Virus record (IMG/VR): IMGVR_UViG_3300017971_000004
Location: 128,001 to 188,555 of that record
From: a virus
Lineage: Duplodnaviria; Heunggongvirae; Uroviricota; Caudoviricetes
DNA: 60,555 bases
Reading direction: 5' to 3' (one strand)
The notes under the pieces are model-generated. The model saw nothing but the letters and a program-made list of their open reading frames with translations, made no database searches and was not told the DNA's origin. The position numbers and the translations under genes were made by a program. The stretch's first letter is position 1. Every line of letters starts with the position of its first letter. Of this stretch, positions 17,439 through 28,456 are shown one piece after another.

Positions 17439-20400
17439 TGGTCAACCCCGGTATGTCCGGATTGCTCCCGAACATGTGAAGGCCCTTGAGCACCAAGGAC
17501 CGAATCTTGAAGTCGCTCAGATCGCGGATGTTGCTCACCGACAGGCGCAGCTGATGGATCAGGTGTCCTGCCGGACTCTGGTTCACGTCGACGTTCTCGT
17601 TGCGCTGGATCGTGTTCCAGCCGGCTGCCAGGCACGACGGCGCATCTACGCCGGAGCGGTGTTCGAAAGTGATCGTCAAGGCGCTCTGCCGATACATCCG
17701 GATTTCCTCGTGCTCCAGGTAATAGACCGCGCCTCCGACGAACTGGGAAGCGTCCATCTCGACCGTGGTCGGGTCGATGAACCTCCAGTTGGCCGTCGAG
17801 ATCTCCCTGCGTCCGTCTGCGTCCTCGATGTAGAGCTTGGAGACCGCCATGTCCATTGAGGAGCGGTACTCCAGCGTGGTGCGACCGATGTCCGGATTGA
17901 AGAAGAGCGGCACGGTCACGATGCGTCCGATGACGTTGTGCTCCATCCGATCCCAGAGCATGTAGTCAGCGAACCAGACGTAGTCCTGGTAGGTGAGAGC
18001 GCCGAGATCCAACAACGGCGTCTCAATCACGCAGATCGGATTGTAGCTGATGGTGTAAGTGGCACCAGAGTTGTAGTAAGCAGTAGCCACCTGAACTTCG
18101 GATGCGGAATTGAACCACCACTGATCGTTCGGAACAAGAATCCCATCCTCGAACAACATGGCATATTCTTGATCCTGGTCCGAATCATAGAGAAGGGGAG
18201 CCACGTAGGGAGCGGCCACCGAGAACGTCAGCGGCTCGTCCTCCACGGGAAGCAGGTTCGGGAGGAGGTACGAGTACCGGAAGGGGCTCGACGCATGGAT
18301 ATCGAGATTTGTGAGGGTACAGGAGGAAAAATCACCTTCTGTAACGGCTCCCTTGAGATTGATCGGCACATTATCCGAATTATATTCGGTAACATCGAAG
18401 ATATCGATGGACGAATGAGCCGGAGAGATCCTCCGGACGTGTCCCTGCCGGATGGTGGTATCGGTGATGGTCACGCTCCGGGTAATCGTGGCTCCCGGAG
18501 GAGTGCCGTCCAGCACGGGCAGCAACGCGTAGTCCACCAAGGTCGTCATCGAGGATCCGTCGCTCGCCGGCAGCACGTAAGCTCCCGCACTCAGGATCGA
18601 GACCCAGCCGAGCCCCGGACCCCACGCAGCGTTCGGAGCGTTCCAACGAAGCCGGTGGATGTCCCCGAGACTGTTGTACTCGTAGTCGACGGTGCCATTC
18701 CCCGGATCGGTGTCCATCGAGATGTCAGTGACCGTGACGCCGGAGATCGGCACTGTCTTGTCGGGGCGCTTGTGGGGCAGTCCGATATACTCCTTCTCCA
18801 GGAGGGAGAGCGGATCTACGGACCACGTCCACGCCAGCTCGCCGAAGTACTGCCGATGACGCGTCCTGACGACGGTGTTGCTCGTCAGAACCCGAGAGGT
18901 GATGTATTCGACGTCCACACGGAAGCTATCCAACATCACATCGATGCCCACGGGGTCATCGATGGTGACGGCCACCAAGACCCCGTTGTCAGTGAGACCG
19001 GCGGGGATGATGGTCTCGAACTCGATGTAGGTGAAATCTTCGTACCAGAAGCCCCCAGTATCCTGTACGACCGGGAAAGGCGCGCTGGACACCCAGGTAG
19101 CCCCGTTGTCGAAAGAGAAGCTCAGCGTGGCTGTGGTTGGCCCTACCGTGGTGCTGGACACCCAGCCGGAGAACTTCGCCTTGAAGCCCTCGTAGTCGTA
19201 GAAGAGGCCCGGACTCTGCTGCGGATAGTTCTGACCCCTCGGACCCGGTCGGGGCATCGGGTACTGAAGAACCCTCGAAAACAGCTCGTGAACCCGCGCA
19301 CCAGAATCTTGGAGATGCACCCGAAAAGCCGGTGAAGGATCATAGAGATCGATCTTGTCGGTCACGACCCTGGATTCCAGAATGACTGTAGAAGTCGTTG
19401 GCAGCGGCAGCCCAAGCCACCAGTTATCAGGAAGCTCGGCCACGCCCGGGGTCGAAGCATCATCGAAGACGTCAACAAAGTCGAAAGTGTTGATGGCCGG
19501 CAGCTGGGTGCGATCCACGTACACCCAGAGTCCCCCTGTCTGCTCGATCTGCCTCGCCTCCTTGCCGTACCCCACGGAGAAGAGAACGGACGTTGTGGCG
19601 GGCCACGGACCGCTCAGAACGTCCATGTCATCTTCGTAGCAATGGACCTTCAAGGTGTAGCCGAAACCATCGATGAGCGAGTAGGTGCCATCTCCGCTGA
19701 TCGAGACCCACGGCGACCAGGCCGCGAGTGGCGAGCGCCAGCGTAGCTCCCTGGTCGGCGGCGTCACGGACCCATCATATCGGTAGGCGATCTCGGAGTT
19801 GGCGTTGACGTCCACCGATCCCGAAATACTGACAATGGTGACCCCGTTCATGACGTTCGGAGCGAATGTCAGATTGCCCGGCTCGACGCCGAAGATCCGG
19901 ACGGCGGCGTTGTTCGCGCCGTGTTCAATCTCCAGGAGTGGCTGCGAGGCCGGATTCACCAGGAGCACTTTGCCGTTGTAGACCGACGCCAAGGCGTACC
20001 CCATCGCCGTGTTGATGTCGCCGACCACCTGTGCCGCTGTCGGTGTCGGCCATCCCGTGACCAACGGCACAATAATGGTCCCGGTGCCGTCATCGATATA
20101 GAGAGTCGTCTCCGCAGCTGCCAGAGCGAAAGGACCCGCGAGTCCCAGAATGAACGCCGGTACGGTCGAGGGCGGTCCTGGCAGGAACAGCAATCCATCG
20201 TTCGCCGGCACGTAAGGACCGGGCGTCAAGAAAGTTCCCCACCGTAGGGAATCGAGCGTGGCATCGTACTGGATGACCCGTGCCGCAACTCCAGAAGGAA
20301 CATCTGCTTCGACACGGTCAAGCGCGACTCCGGTAATTCCAGCTCCGTTGTAAGAGACGACGTGAGACCGTTCTTTCCAACGGGCGTTGATGAGCATCGA

Positions 20401-21021
20401 CTGATCCAAGGTCCAGTTCGGACCCCAGAGCCGGCGCGAGTAGCCGAACTGCGGAATCTGGGTAAACTCGGCCACAGCGGTCTCGAAACCCCGAAATCGT
20501 CCCCCATAGTTGCGGTATGCCAACCGCAGCTCGTGAAGGAGCCACCGATAGTCGTCCAGGGACTGCCCGATATTGTTGTAGGTCTGGATGTCGCGACCAA
20601 AACGACCTTCGATGCCGTTGACGGTGACCGTCTCGATGAAGATGTCGTCGTAGGCTTCCTTCCAGTCGTCGTCGATGCTCTCGAAGGTCTCCGCATAAGC
20701 TATGAGCCACAGGGCGTACTCCCGCACAGTCACGTAGCTGATGAGGGTATTGTTGGTCTCGGAATTGACGAGTCGGATCTCGTTCTCGCCACGATCCAGA
20801 TGGCGACTGAAGACAACATTCCCGTTGATGTCCGACACGACAGAACCAGAATAAACTCCTGCAATATAAAGGATATAAGTGGTATTCGGATTGTCGGTTT
20901 CAAGGCGCACTTCGTGGTTTCCGTGCCGGTACGGAACGACAATGCCGCGCGAATCGTAGAACGGCCCCGGCGGGATGGCCTTGATCAGCTCTGCATAGCG
21001 ATTCACACCTTCGAGGGCCAT
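17431..21021 (-). CDS. Large baseplate wedge/peripheral protein
   Basis: About 1196 aa, beta-rich, downstream of the baseplate J-like gene; TGATG coupling at 21021. Confidence 0.6.
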   Translation of the reverse strand: MALEGVNRYAELIKAIPPGPFYDSRGIVVPYRHGNHEVRLETDNPNTTYILYIAGVYSGSVVSDINGNVVFSRHLDRGENEIRLVNSETNNTLISYVTVREYALWLIAYAETFESIDDDWKEAYDDIFIETVTVNGIEGRFGRDIQTYNNIGQSLDDYRWLLHELRLAYRNYGGRFRGFETAVAEFTQIPQFGYSRRLWGPNWTLDQSMLINARWKERSHVVSYNGAGITGVALDRVEADVPSGVAARVIQYDATLDSLRWGTFLTPGPYVPANDGLLFLPGPPSTVPAFILGLAGPFALAAAETTLYIDDGTGTIIVPLVTGWPTPTAAQVVGDINTAMGYALASVYNGKVLLVNPASQPLLEIEHGANNAAVRIFGVEPGNLTFAPNVMNGVTIVSISGSVDVNANSEIAYRYDGSVTPPTRELRWRSPLAAWSPWVSISGDGTYSLIDGFGYTLKVHCYEDDMDVLSGPWPATTSVLFSVGYGKEARQIEQTGGLWVYVDRTQLPAINTFDFVDVFDDASTPGVAELPDNWWLGLPLPTTSTVILESRVVTDKIDLYDPSPAFRVHLQDSGARVHELFSRVLQYPMPRPGPRGQNYPQQSPGLFYDYEGFKAKFSGWVSSTTVGPTTATLSFSFDNGATWVSSAPFPVVQDTGGFWYEDFTYIEFETIIPAGLTDNGVLVAVTIDDPVGIDVMLDSFRVDVEYITSRVLTSNTVVRTRHRQYFGELAWTWSVDPLSLLEKEYIGLPHKRPDKTVPISGVTVTDISMDTDPGNGTVDYEYNSLGDIHRLRWNAPNAAWGPGLGWVSILSAGAYVLPASDGSSMTTLVDYALLPVLDGTPPGATITRSVTITDTTIRQGHVRRISPAHSSIDIFDVTEYNSDNVPINLKGAVTEGDFSSCTLTNLDIHASSPFRYSYLLPNLLPVEDEPLTFSVAAPYVAPLLYDSDQDQEYAMLFEDGILVPNDQWWFNSASEVQVATAYYNSGATYTISYNPICVIETPLLDLGALTYQDYVWFADYMLWDRMEHNVIGRIVTVPLFFNPDIGRTTLEYRSSMDMAVSKLYIEDADGRREISTANWRFIDPTTVEMDASQFVGGAVYYLEHEEIRMYRQSALTITFEHRSGVDAPSCLAAGWNTIQRNENVDVNQSPAGHLIHQLRLSVSNIRDLSDFKIRSLVLKGLHMFGSNPDIPGLTNV

Positions 21022-22022
21022 CACTTACCTCCTCCGAGACCCTTCTGCTCACCTTGCGGCGTGAAGAGCTGCGCGTCATCGATGATCGAGAACCTCGTAT
21101 CGGCCTGAGCGCTGTTGATCACCTTGAGCGCGTCCAGATAGTAGTACTCGTAGGCATTGCTCTTGGTGTATACCCCATTGCCGACGACATGGACATCCAC
21201 GAGACCTTTATAGGCAGCCGGCTGGCGCTTGTCGTCCATGCTGGGCGTCACTAGACCGCGCATCCGAAAATCCGAGACAACGATGGTATCGTGGACCGGC
21301 TGATTCTGGAAGACCGCGAAGGGCCGATAGTAGAACCACTCGACCCGGACCCCTTGGAGGTTGTAGGTAGTCGTGCCGTTCGTTGTATAGATTCGGAACT
21401 TCGCAGCAGTGCTCGTGAACCGAACGCTCTTGAAAACGCGCTCTCCGTTGGCGTAGAAGTAGACGTCACTGTTCCAGCGCAGGATCTTGAACATCGAGGT
21501 GCCAGTCGTCCACGAGAGAGGCTTGATCATCTCGTCGGCGAGGATGCCGCCCCGGTAGACCTCACAACGCAGCACCAGTGTCCCCGGCTCCGTCCCCACT
21601 TCGATGCGCATCTCGGCGTAATCGTTGACTCCCACCCAGAGTGACAGCGCCATCAACGTGACGACGTCAGCGGGGTATTCTCGAATCACGGGCAGACTGA
21701 ATCTGATCTCGCCTTGCGTAGAACCCCACAACGCAACCGATTCGATTGCAGCAGCCGAGCTGGCGGTCGAGCCCGTCACCATCTCCAGATGGAACGGTCC
21801 GGTGTTGACGGATCCGGAGCCGTAGGAGATGTCGACCCACTTCGACGGATCGAGGACACCTCCGGTGAAAAAGTCATCCCATTGACGCGGATCGAAACCG
21901 GTCCCCTTAAGAATGAAGGGGTTACCTCCCGGCGATGGTCCCCGCTCCGGATCCACCACGTCGAGCATGGTGCTCGGCCCGTAGAGCACTCCGGTCCCGT
22001 ACTTGAACAGCGCGTATCGCAT
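21021..22022 (-). CDS. Baseplate-associated protein with IPT/TIG-like and beta-sandwich (lectin-like) regions
   Basis: VVDPERGPSPGGNPFILKGTGF resembles IPT/TIG; position in the baseplate operon. Confidence 0.55.
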   Translation of the reverse strand: MRYALFKYGTGVLYGPSTMLDVVDPERGPSPGGNPFILKGTGFDPRQWDDFFTGGVLDPSKWVDISYGSGSVNTGPFHLEMVTGSTASSAAAIESVALWGSTQGEIRFSLPVIREYPADVVTLMALSLWVGVNDYAEMRIEVGTEPGTLVLRCEVYRGGILADEMIKPLSWTTGTSMFKILRWNSDVYFYANGERVFKSVRFTSTAAKFRIYTTNGTTTYNLQGVRVEWFYYRPFAVFQNQPVHDTIVVSDFRMRGLVTPSMDDKRQPAAYKGLVDVHVVGNGVYTKSNAYEYYYLDALKVINSAQADTRFSIIDDAQLFTPQGEQKGLGGGK

Positions 22023-23452
22023 TACGACACCAAGTTCACGATGAGATTCGCCTCTTCCAGCCGCGCATACTGGTTCGGTGGAATCTCGATGTCCGCAACT
22101 CCCGTACCACCCTCGACCGCGAGGGTGGTGTAGGTCCAGTTATCGACCCCGAAAACGCGCGCAACCTCCGCATCGATATCGAACTCCTCGACGTTATTGC
22201 CCAGAAGGAGCCCGTTGATGTAGTTCAAAACACGCTCGCGAACCAGCTGGAGCACCGAGTCCGGATTGCCCGAAGATACTTTCAAGTTAGCCTCGATTTC
22301 CAGCTGCTGAGCCTGCGCCCAGCGGAACAAGACGTCCGATCCCATCACGTAGTACTCGGATTGACGGTAGTAGGCCGTCATCGTGGTGATGAGGCTGTTG
22401 TACGAGTAGACGATGGTGATCGCCGCGTTCAAGGTGGGGGCCGATCCCCCGGCAATGAAGCGGATGCCGTCCTGGCCACGGTCGCTGTAGGCGTAGATGG
22501 TCTCGCCGGTCACGACTACGTAGTCGGTCCCCGCGATATAAGTCGTCCCCGAGTCCGAAACCGAGATGACCTCCACCACCGGCTGCTTTTCCAAAGGGAT
22601 CAACGTCTCGATACCGGGATAGTTGGTCGTCATGGAAACGGTTGCCGGCGAATCGCCGAGGATCCAGCAGTCGACCGCGCCGGCATCGTACATCTCCCGC
22701 AGCAGATTCTCGTTCTCTCCGTAAACCACGTAGGCATCTAAGGAGCTGCTGAAACTGTCGAGAATGAAACGCTGAAGACCGCGAGCCGGCCCCAGCTGCG
22801 AGCCCTCTACCTGCATCTGGTAACGCCGGGCGAGTTCGAGATTCGTCTCCAAGCCGCGTCCGCTGGTCGTAGCCTCCTTGTTGTACACATAGTCGAAATC
22901 CGGGAAGGGACGTCGGAACTGCGTGATCGTGTAGGCCCCCACCGCAGTCGATTCGCCTTTCACCACGCTGGCAACAGCCACATCGATCTCGTAACGCTCC
23001 GTATCGGCATTGTAGTACGCAGAGGCCGGCACTGTGGCAGGCCCGTACATGACCGCCGATTCGATGGTCTTGAACTCCGTGATCTGACCCGTCGAAGGAT
23101 CCTGCACCGTCGACAACGGGAAGTTCGACGGGATGGGAATGTTGGCAGTCGGCGGCTGGATGCGCGCGAAGGTGACGATGGCGAGCGACGGAGCACCGTC
23201 CCACCGCACGAGACCCTCGTTGAAGACGAAGCCATCCAGATCGGCGGGAGCGAACTGCTCCGCGTTCTGCAAGCTCGTGAGCTGCGACAAGTAGACGATG
23301 TTGTCGTTGATGTCCTTCATCACCACGGACGGCGGAGTGATGAAGATGTCCCGAATCGAGCCGATCCTGGTGTCGACGGTCTCGTCCCGCTGGGCGATCC
23401 CATCGGCAATCTGGTCAGCGAACTCCGTCTCGGTCCTTCTCCGAATGGTCAT
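22022..23452 (-). CDS. Baseplate J-like wedge protein
   Basis: Position after gp25-like gene; GRGLETNLELARRY, AGAVDCWI, C-terminal VARVFGVD...IPPNQYARL typical of baseplate J. Confidence 0.85.
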   Translation of the reverse strand: MTIRRRTETEFADQIADGIAQRDETVDTRIGSIRDIFITPPSVVMKDINDNIVYLSQLTSLQNAEQFAPADLDGFVFNEGLVRWDGAPSLAIVTFARIQPPTANIPIPSNFPLSTVQDPSTGQITEFKTIESAVMYGPATVPASAYYNADTERYEIDVAVASVVKGESTAVGAYTITQFRRPFPDFDYVYNKEATTSGRGLETNLELARRYQMQVEGSQLGPARGLQRFILDSFSSSLDAYVVYGENENLLREMYDAGAVDCWILGDSPATVSMTTNYPGIETLIPLEKQPVVEVISVSDSGTTYIAGTDYVVVTGETIYAYSDRGQDGIRFIAGGSAPTLNAAITIVYSYNSLITTMTAYYRQSEYYVMGSDVLFRWAQAQQLEIEANLKVSSGNPDSVLQLVRERVLNYINGLLLGNNVEEFDIDAEVARVFGVDNWTYTTLAVEGGTGVADIEIPPNQYARLEEANLIVNLVS

Positions 23453-23460
23453 GGCTTACC

Positions 23461-23895
23461 TCACGTAATCGTACCGCCCACCACGAAGTTGGGCAGGTTT
23501 CCCATCGTGTAGACATCGACCCTCCAGCGAAAATTGCGAGGATCGTCGGTCGCCCATACCTGGACGGGAGAGAAATCGTCGAGCATCTCGGACGGGGTGC
23601 GCCGGCTGAAGAGGTAGTTGCGTTGGTTGTACTTCAGACGGCTCAGCCCGTTGCGCACCAACGTCTGGAACTTGAACATGGCCGGCGTGCTGTAGACCTG
23701 ATCGGGCTCTTTGTCACTGCGATCTCCGAGAACCTTCCCGAGGCCGGTCCCAATGCCGGTATCCGGTCGAATCGCCGTCTGGAGCGTCATCACGACGTTC
23801 TGCTTGAGCTTGTCCTTCCCCGTTACCTGCTCGTAGCCGGTGTTGACACTATTTCGAACGATGTCCCCCTCGACTATTTTCAGTTCCCACGACAT
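23461..23895 (-). CDS. gp25/GPW-like baseplate wedge protein
   Basis: About 144 aa between spike and baseplate J; VTGKDKLKQ...GIGTGL pattern; DPRNFRWRVDV. Confidence 0.7.
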   Translation of the reverse strand: MSWELKIVEGDIVRNSVNTGYEQVTGKDKLKQNVVMTLQTAIRPDTGIGTGLGKVLGDRSDKEPDQVYSTPAMFKFQTLVRNGLSRLKYNQRNYLFSRRTPSEMLDDFSPVQVWATDDPRNFRWRVDVYTMGNLPNFVVGGTIT

Positions 23896-24395
23896 CACGG
23901 CACCTCGTCGGCGGCGTCCATGAGCGCCAGGTAGATGGCGTCATCGAGAATCTCCACGGTTGCGACCAGATCGGCCTTGATGGCCTCCCAGTACAGCAGG
24001 AGCGCTTCGATCTCATCCATGAAGCTAACCACGTTCTTGTAACGCTCGCGCCAGATCGTCAGGCCCGACACGGCTGTATCGAACAACTGGAGCGCCGGAT
24101 CGGTGAAGAGCTGGTAGAACTCCGGACACAGCTCCTTGAGCGGCCCGTCCGGGATATTGGTCAGCAGGTTTCGGATCTCCTCAATCAAGGCTTGCACGAT
24201 GGCCCACGCCGCCTCCTCTATCTGGGACAGGATGTCGAACTGCGCGAGCCACGCCTTGAGCCACAAGATGTAGGCGTCGATGAACGCGATGAGCGCCAAC
24301 AAGATTGCCTTGAGCGCCTCCAGGATGGCGGCAATCTGTGAATAGATCCATCGCAAGACGCACGTCGCGAGGGCCTGGGTTGGCGTATCGGGCAT
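23895..24395 (-). CDS. Helical, partly hydrophobic hypothetical protein after the spike gene
   Basis: 166 aa with amphipathic/hydrophobic helices; coupled to neighbours. Confidence 0.7.
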   Translation of the reverse strand: MPDTPTQALATCVLRWIYSQIAAILEALKAILLALIAFIDAYILWLKAWLAQFDILSQIEEAAWAIVQALIEEIRNLLTNIPDGPLKELCPEFYQLFTDPALQLFDTAVSGLTIWRERYKNVVSFMDEIEALLLYWEAIKADLVATVEILDDAIYLALMDAADEVP

Positions 24396-24397
24396 TC

Positions 24398-26017
24398 CTA
24401 CACCGTCTTCGAGACTGTCGACAACGCGGTCGCCAGACTCGCCTGGAAATCGATGCCGAACGGAATGAGCGCTCCAAGCGCACTCTTCGTGGCCGGAAGC
24501 ACACCGTTCAGCGCGGGATCAGCCGCGAAAGCGGCAAAGAACGTGTTGAGCGCCGTCATGAAAGTGGTCAGTTCCGTGATGAAAGTCGTTCCCTTCACCA
24601 AGAATTCCGTAGCCGCAGCACCTCCGAGATTGACAATCGGGGCTCCGATGTCGATCTGGGTGGCGGCGATCAGCACGAGCTTCGCCGCCGTGTCGATACC
24701 AATCTCGCCGGTCGCCACCAGCTCCATCGCCGCCGTGGCCACCATCGTGAGGTCGGTCGCGTTGAAAGTGAGCGCGTCCTTCGCGGTCGCGACCACCGGG
24801 CTCGCCCCCAGGTTGAGGACACCGGATGCCAACGTGATTGAAGGGGCAGTCAGCGTCATCGCGCCGGTCGCCGTCAACCCCATCGTCGCTCCGGCAGTCG
24901 CGGTAAGCGCTGCACCAGCCGTCAAGCTCAAGGCGGCTCCTGCGCTGGCAGTGAGCGCCGTGCCTGCGGTGAGCGACATGCTGGCTCCCGCAGTGAGACT
25001 GTACGTACTGCTCGTCGTCCAGTTGACGAGGTTGTTCAAGATGGTCCAGGTTGCTGCCGGAGTGAACCACTGGAAGCCGAGAGCGGTCTTGGCCGAAATC
25101 CCCCGATTGCCGAGGTTATCTACCACCTCGACATACATGTCGACAACGCCTGCGCCGTCATCCTTCACAGTGGTCAACTTCCGAGCCCCGGTGCCGGCGA
25201 GCGCGACCGCGAGATCCGGATACGAAGTCGCTGGCACCATGATGAGGCCGGTCAGGTCGTCGATGATTTCTCCGCGCGACTCCTGCACCATCAGCAACTG
25301 TCCGCCAGGAGCCGTGATCGCGCCGCGACGCACGTAGTTGGTATGCTCCTGCGCAACCGTCCCGAAGATACCGTAGATATAGCTCTCCTGAGTATCGACT
25401 CCGGGCACCAGGATCCGACGCGCAGATCCCTCGCGTTTTTCGCCGGCAGCCCCGTAACGAGTATGGACGATGTCCGACTGGATGACGGTCTCTCCGTTGG
25501 GTTTGTCCAACGTGATCGAATGGGGGCCGCTCCCGAGTCGGGCACGATCTCCCAGGTAGATGCTGGAGTTGCGCGCCGACCGGAACGAAACATCACCCGG
25601 TTGCAACCGCTTGCCGGAAGCATCGGCCCAACCGATGCCCCCACGCTCATCCAAAGCATCATCGCGGCGTTTCATCACATTGAAATCGACGGCACTGAAA
25701 CCAAGCGCCATCGGAAAACCGAGCGTGTCGAAGCCCACGACGAGGATGTCATCCACCTGGGGGTAGTAGACTCCCCAGGAGGACCGGGCGAAGTTGTTGT
25801 CTTCGGAAGTCTGCGGCGGAGGAATCGACAGCCCCACCAACGGCATCAGAACCTCATACGGAGTGCCGCCGCTGAGGGGTGTCACCTCGACGGTTCCCCG
25901 TTCGATGTGCAGATCGGTCACCCGAACTCGATGAAGAGAGCTGTAGAAGGCATTGTGGCGCGCTCTCCCACGCAGGGAGGGCGACGAGTTCGGATTCGCG
26001 TTGGAACGACCGGCCAT
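24398..26017 (-). CDS. Baseplate central spike (gpV/gp5/VgrG-like)
   Basis: N-terminal OB-fold-like region (YYPQVDDILVVGF); C-terminal approx 8-aa repeats (SLTAGAS/MSLTAGTA/LSLTAGAA) typical of a triple beta-helix. Confidence 0.8.
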   Translation of the reverse strand: MAGRSNANPNSSPSLRGRARHNAFYSSLHRVRVTDLHIERGTVEVTPLSGGTPYEVLMPLVGLSIPPPQTSEDNNFARSSWGVYYPQVDDILVVGFDTLGFPMALGFSAVDFNVMKRRDDALDERGGIGWADASGKRLQPGDVSFRSARNSSIYLGDRARLGSGPHSITLDKPNGETVIQSDIVHTRYGAAGEKREGSARRILVPGVDTQESYIYGIFGTVAQEHTNYVRRGAITAPGGQLLMVQESRGEIIDDLTGLIMVPATSYPDLAVALAGTGARKLTTVKDDGAGVVDMYVEVVDNLGNRGISAKTALGFQWFTPAATWTILNNLVNWTTSSTYSLTAGASMSLTAGTALTASAGAALSLTAGAALTATAGATMGLTATGAMTLTAPSITLASGVLNLGASPVVATAKDALTFNATDLTMVATAAMELVATGEIGIDTAAKLVLIAATQIDIGAPIVNLGGAAATEFLVKGTTFITELTTFMTALNTFFAAFAADPALNGVLPATKSALGALIPFGIDFQASLATALSTVSKTV

Positions 26018-28455
26018 CAGCTACTCCCACCCTGCTTCTTGAAGACGAGGCGTGACAGGTTGAACGGCATGTCTCCGCCGAAGTAGATGAACTTCTCCAT
26101 CTTGTCGCCATCGAGGCTTCCCGTCCAACCCTTGACATGGTTCAAGTTGATCATGCTGTCGCAGCTGGAGTTCCAGACTATGCTGTGCTGGCTACTCACA
26201 ATATTGGCGATGTAGTTCCGCTGCCGCCAATAAAGCGGACGGTTCACCATCAGGCCAAACTTGGGCACGATCTGGAGACCGAGGTTCCGCGCCTCGGCAT
26301 TCGTGCGCCGCAGCTCCAGCGCCGCATATAGCCGCGCGGTCGTCTGTCCCGTCGTGAATCCCCAAGGACTTCCTTCGGCGAGACGGAAGCCCAGAATCGG
26401 TGCGAGACCGGGTGCCACGACGTATTCGTAGACACGGCTGTTGGGATCATTGCCCTGCTCGTAGTTACGGATGATGTTCGGCAGAGCGCGGTAGGCCGTG
26501 ATCATCCCCTGGTCGTTCATCGAGTTGGAGTATCCCAACGTTTCGTGTTTCTCGATGGTGAAATGGTTGATATAGCTGAAATCCTCCACGTCCTCGTCGT
26601 CCAGGAGAAAACCTTCGCGTTCCAGCTCAATCCTGGTACGCAAGCTGAGCATCTCCTTCAGTTCGTCTTCCGTATAATCACTGGAGGCCTCCCATTCGCT
26701 GAGCAGTTTCTGGTCGATGCTGACCTCCGCCTGGATCTCGGCGTTACTAATGTGGAAATCTTCGTCATCGAACAGCCACGGATCGAAGTCGTAGAAGGGC
26801 ATCTCGAAGACCATGTCGCCCTTCGGTGTGGCGTAGCAACAGAACTCGATGCGCTCCGCAAGGTCGTAGAGGAACGTGAGACGGTCCTTGAACTCGGAGT
26901 GCATCGCCACCGAATTGACGACGGTCTCGTCGAGCGCTCCCTTCTCCAGCTGGGAACCGAGCGTAGAGGGCGCGACGTAGATCACGCGACCCCCTCCGAC
27001 CGGATACTTGTCTGGATTCGTCCCAATCTCGGTGATGATCTCCTCGGGCCGCGCATCCCACGAGGTGGGCGCAGCGTCAGCGGACATGTTCACCAGATCC
27101 TCACGGCGCACCCGGTGGTGAATCACATCGTTCAGCTTCTTCAGATTGCCGTGACTGATGTGACTGTCTGCACCGCCGATGGCGGCGTCCAGATCATCGA
27201 TCTCATCGCCCACGAAGTAGGCGTGGGTGCCGTACTTGTTGTTCCTGCGCTTGAACGTGATGCCTTGCGGCGTGGAGATGGGAGGAATGTTCGCACCCGT
27301 GAACCGGCTCGCCTTGAGTTCGAGACGGAACTCGCGGAGGAGCGCGATGCGTTCGGTCGGCGACATCGAATCCACATCGCTGGGGCTCTTCCCGAGGTTG
27401 TCCATCAGGTAGGTCCTGATATCCTCTTCCGACAGCCCCGCGATGAACCGGTCGGTCGTCTCGTCGAGCGAGCCGATGAAGGTGTTGAGACCAAAGAACA
27501 AGAGTTCCAAGATCTCGAAAATGGTAAAGCCGGCGAACAGCTGCTGCATCGGTACGAACTTGGTCTCCGCAGTCGTCCCCGCAATACCCGGAACATTGGC
27601 GAACAGATCCCGGATGGACTGGTCCAAGATGCCCGTGTCCAGCTGGATGAGGCTGTACCTCGCCATCTTGGAGACATCGGTCCCCGTGATCGTCACGAGC
27701 GATTCCTGATTGACCCCCACATCCTCCGTGGCGGAGTCGAGGAAGCCGGTGAACATCCAGTACCAGATGCGCGGATTGAAGGGGTCTCGAAACGCCACCC
27801 GGATCGGATCGTTCGGATGGAAAACACTGTCACCCTCTTGGAAAGGATAGATATACTTGAAGTTGAAGTTGGAGAAGTCGAAATCCTCACCGAACTTCTC
27901 GATGTGCCACTTGATGTCCTCTTCATCGGCCTGGGAGAGCTTGAACGCCTTTTCCTTGATGACCTCGTACTTGATGCCGTCCGGGACCTTCCCTTCCTCC
28001 CAGTACTGCTGGTAGTTGAGCTGCGCCGTCTCCAGCGCGCCGTAGGCGGCTTCGACCTCTGCCGTCAGCTCGGCGTACTTCCCCGGTTGAGCCGTGATGA
28101 GCCGCAGGAATTCCTTGAGCACCGTGGGATCTTCGCCGGCAGTCCCACGCAGGTACTGTTCGGTGCCTTTGTAGTCCTGGACGTTCTTTTCCAAGGTCGA
28201 GACCAGCGTCTCCCGTGAGTTGCTCAAAGCGAGCATGTCGTCATGATCGAGAATGTACTTGTCGAGCGGATTGACCAACGTGATGGCACAGTTTCCCGGC
28301 GAACGGTCGAGACTGCCACCCGCATGGTTGACTCGGATCTCCGCGACGTCCCCGGATACTTCCTGCCCGAAGACGAATACACGGAAAGCCGGGAACGCGG
28401 CGCGGTAGATGCCATCCGTGGCGATGACCGACTGCTGGTCGATTTCCGTGACCAT
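26017..28455 (-). CDS. Baseplate hub protein (gp27/GpD-like)
   Basis: NDPIRVAFR...WYWMFTGFLD...ITGTDVSK and late PKFGLMVNRPLY...VSSQHSI; position between tube-initiator and spike. Confidence 0.75.
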   Translation of the reverse strand: MVTEIDQQSVIATDGIYRAAFPAFRVFVFGQEVSGDVAEIRVNHAGGSLDRSPGNCAITLVNPLDKYILDHDDMLALSNSRETLVSTLEKNVQDYKGTEQYLRGTAGEDPTVLKEFLRLITAQPGKYAELTAEVEAAYGALETAQLNYQQYWEEGKVPDGIKYEVIKEKAFKLSQADEEDIKWHIEKFGEDFDFSNFNFKYIYPFQEGDSVFHPNDPIRVAFRDPFNPRIWYWMFTGFLDSATEDVGVNQESLVTITGTDVSKMARYSLIQLDTGILDQSIRDLFANVPGIAGTTAETKFVPMQQLFAGFTIFEILELLFFGLNTFIGSLDETTDRFIAGLSEEDIRTYLMDNLGKSPSDVDSMSPTERIALLREFRLELKASRFTGANIPPISTPQGITFKRRNNKYGTHAYFVGDEIDDLDAAIGGADSHISHGNLKKLNDVIHHRVRREDLVNMSADAAPTSWDARPEEIITEIGTNPDKYPVGGGRVIYVAPSTLGSQLEKGALDETVVNSVAMHSEFKDRLTFLYDLAERIEFCCYATPKGDMVFEMPFYDFDPWLFDDEDFHISNAEIQAEVSIDQKLLSEWEASSDYTEDELKEMLSLRTRIELEREGFLLDDEDVEDFSYINHFTIEKHETLGYSNSMNDQGMITAYRALPNIIRNYEQGNDPNSRVYEYVVAPGLAPILGFRLAEGSPWGFTTGQTTARLYAALELRRTNAEARNLGLQIVPKFGLMVNRPLYWRQRNYIANIVSSQHSIVWNSSCDSMINLNHVKGWTGSLDGDKMEKFIYFGGDMPFNLSRLVFKKQGGSS

Positions 28456-28456
28456 C

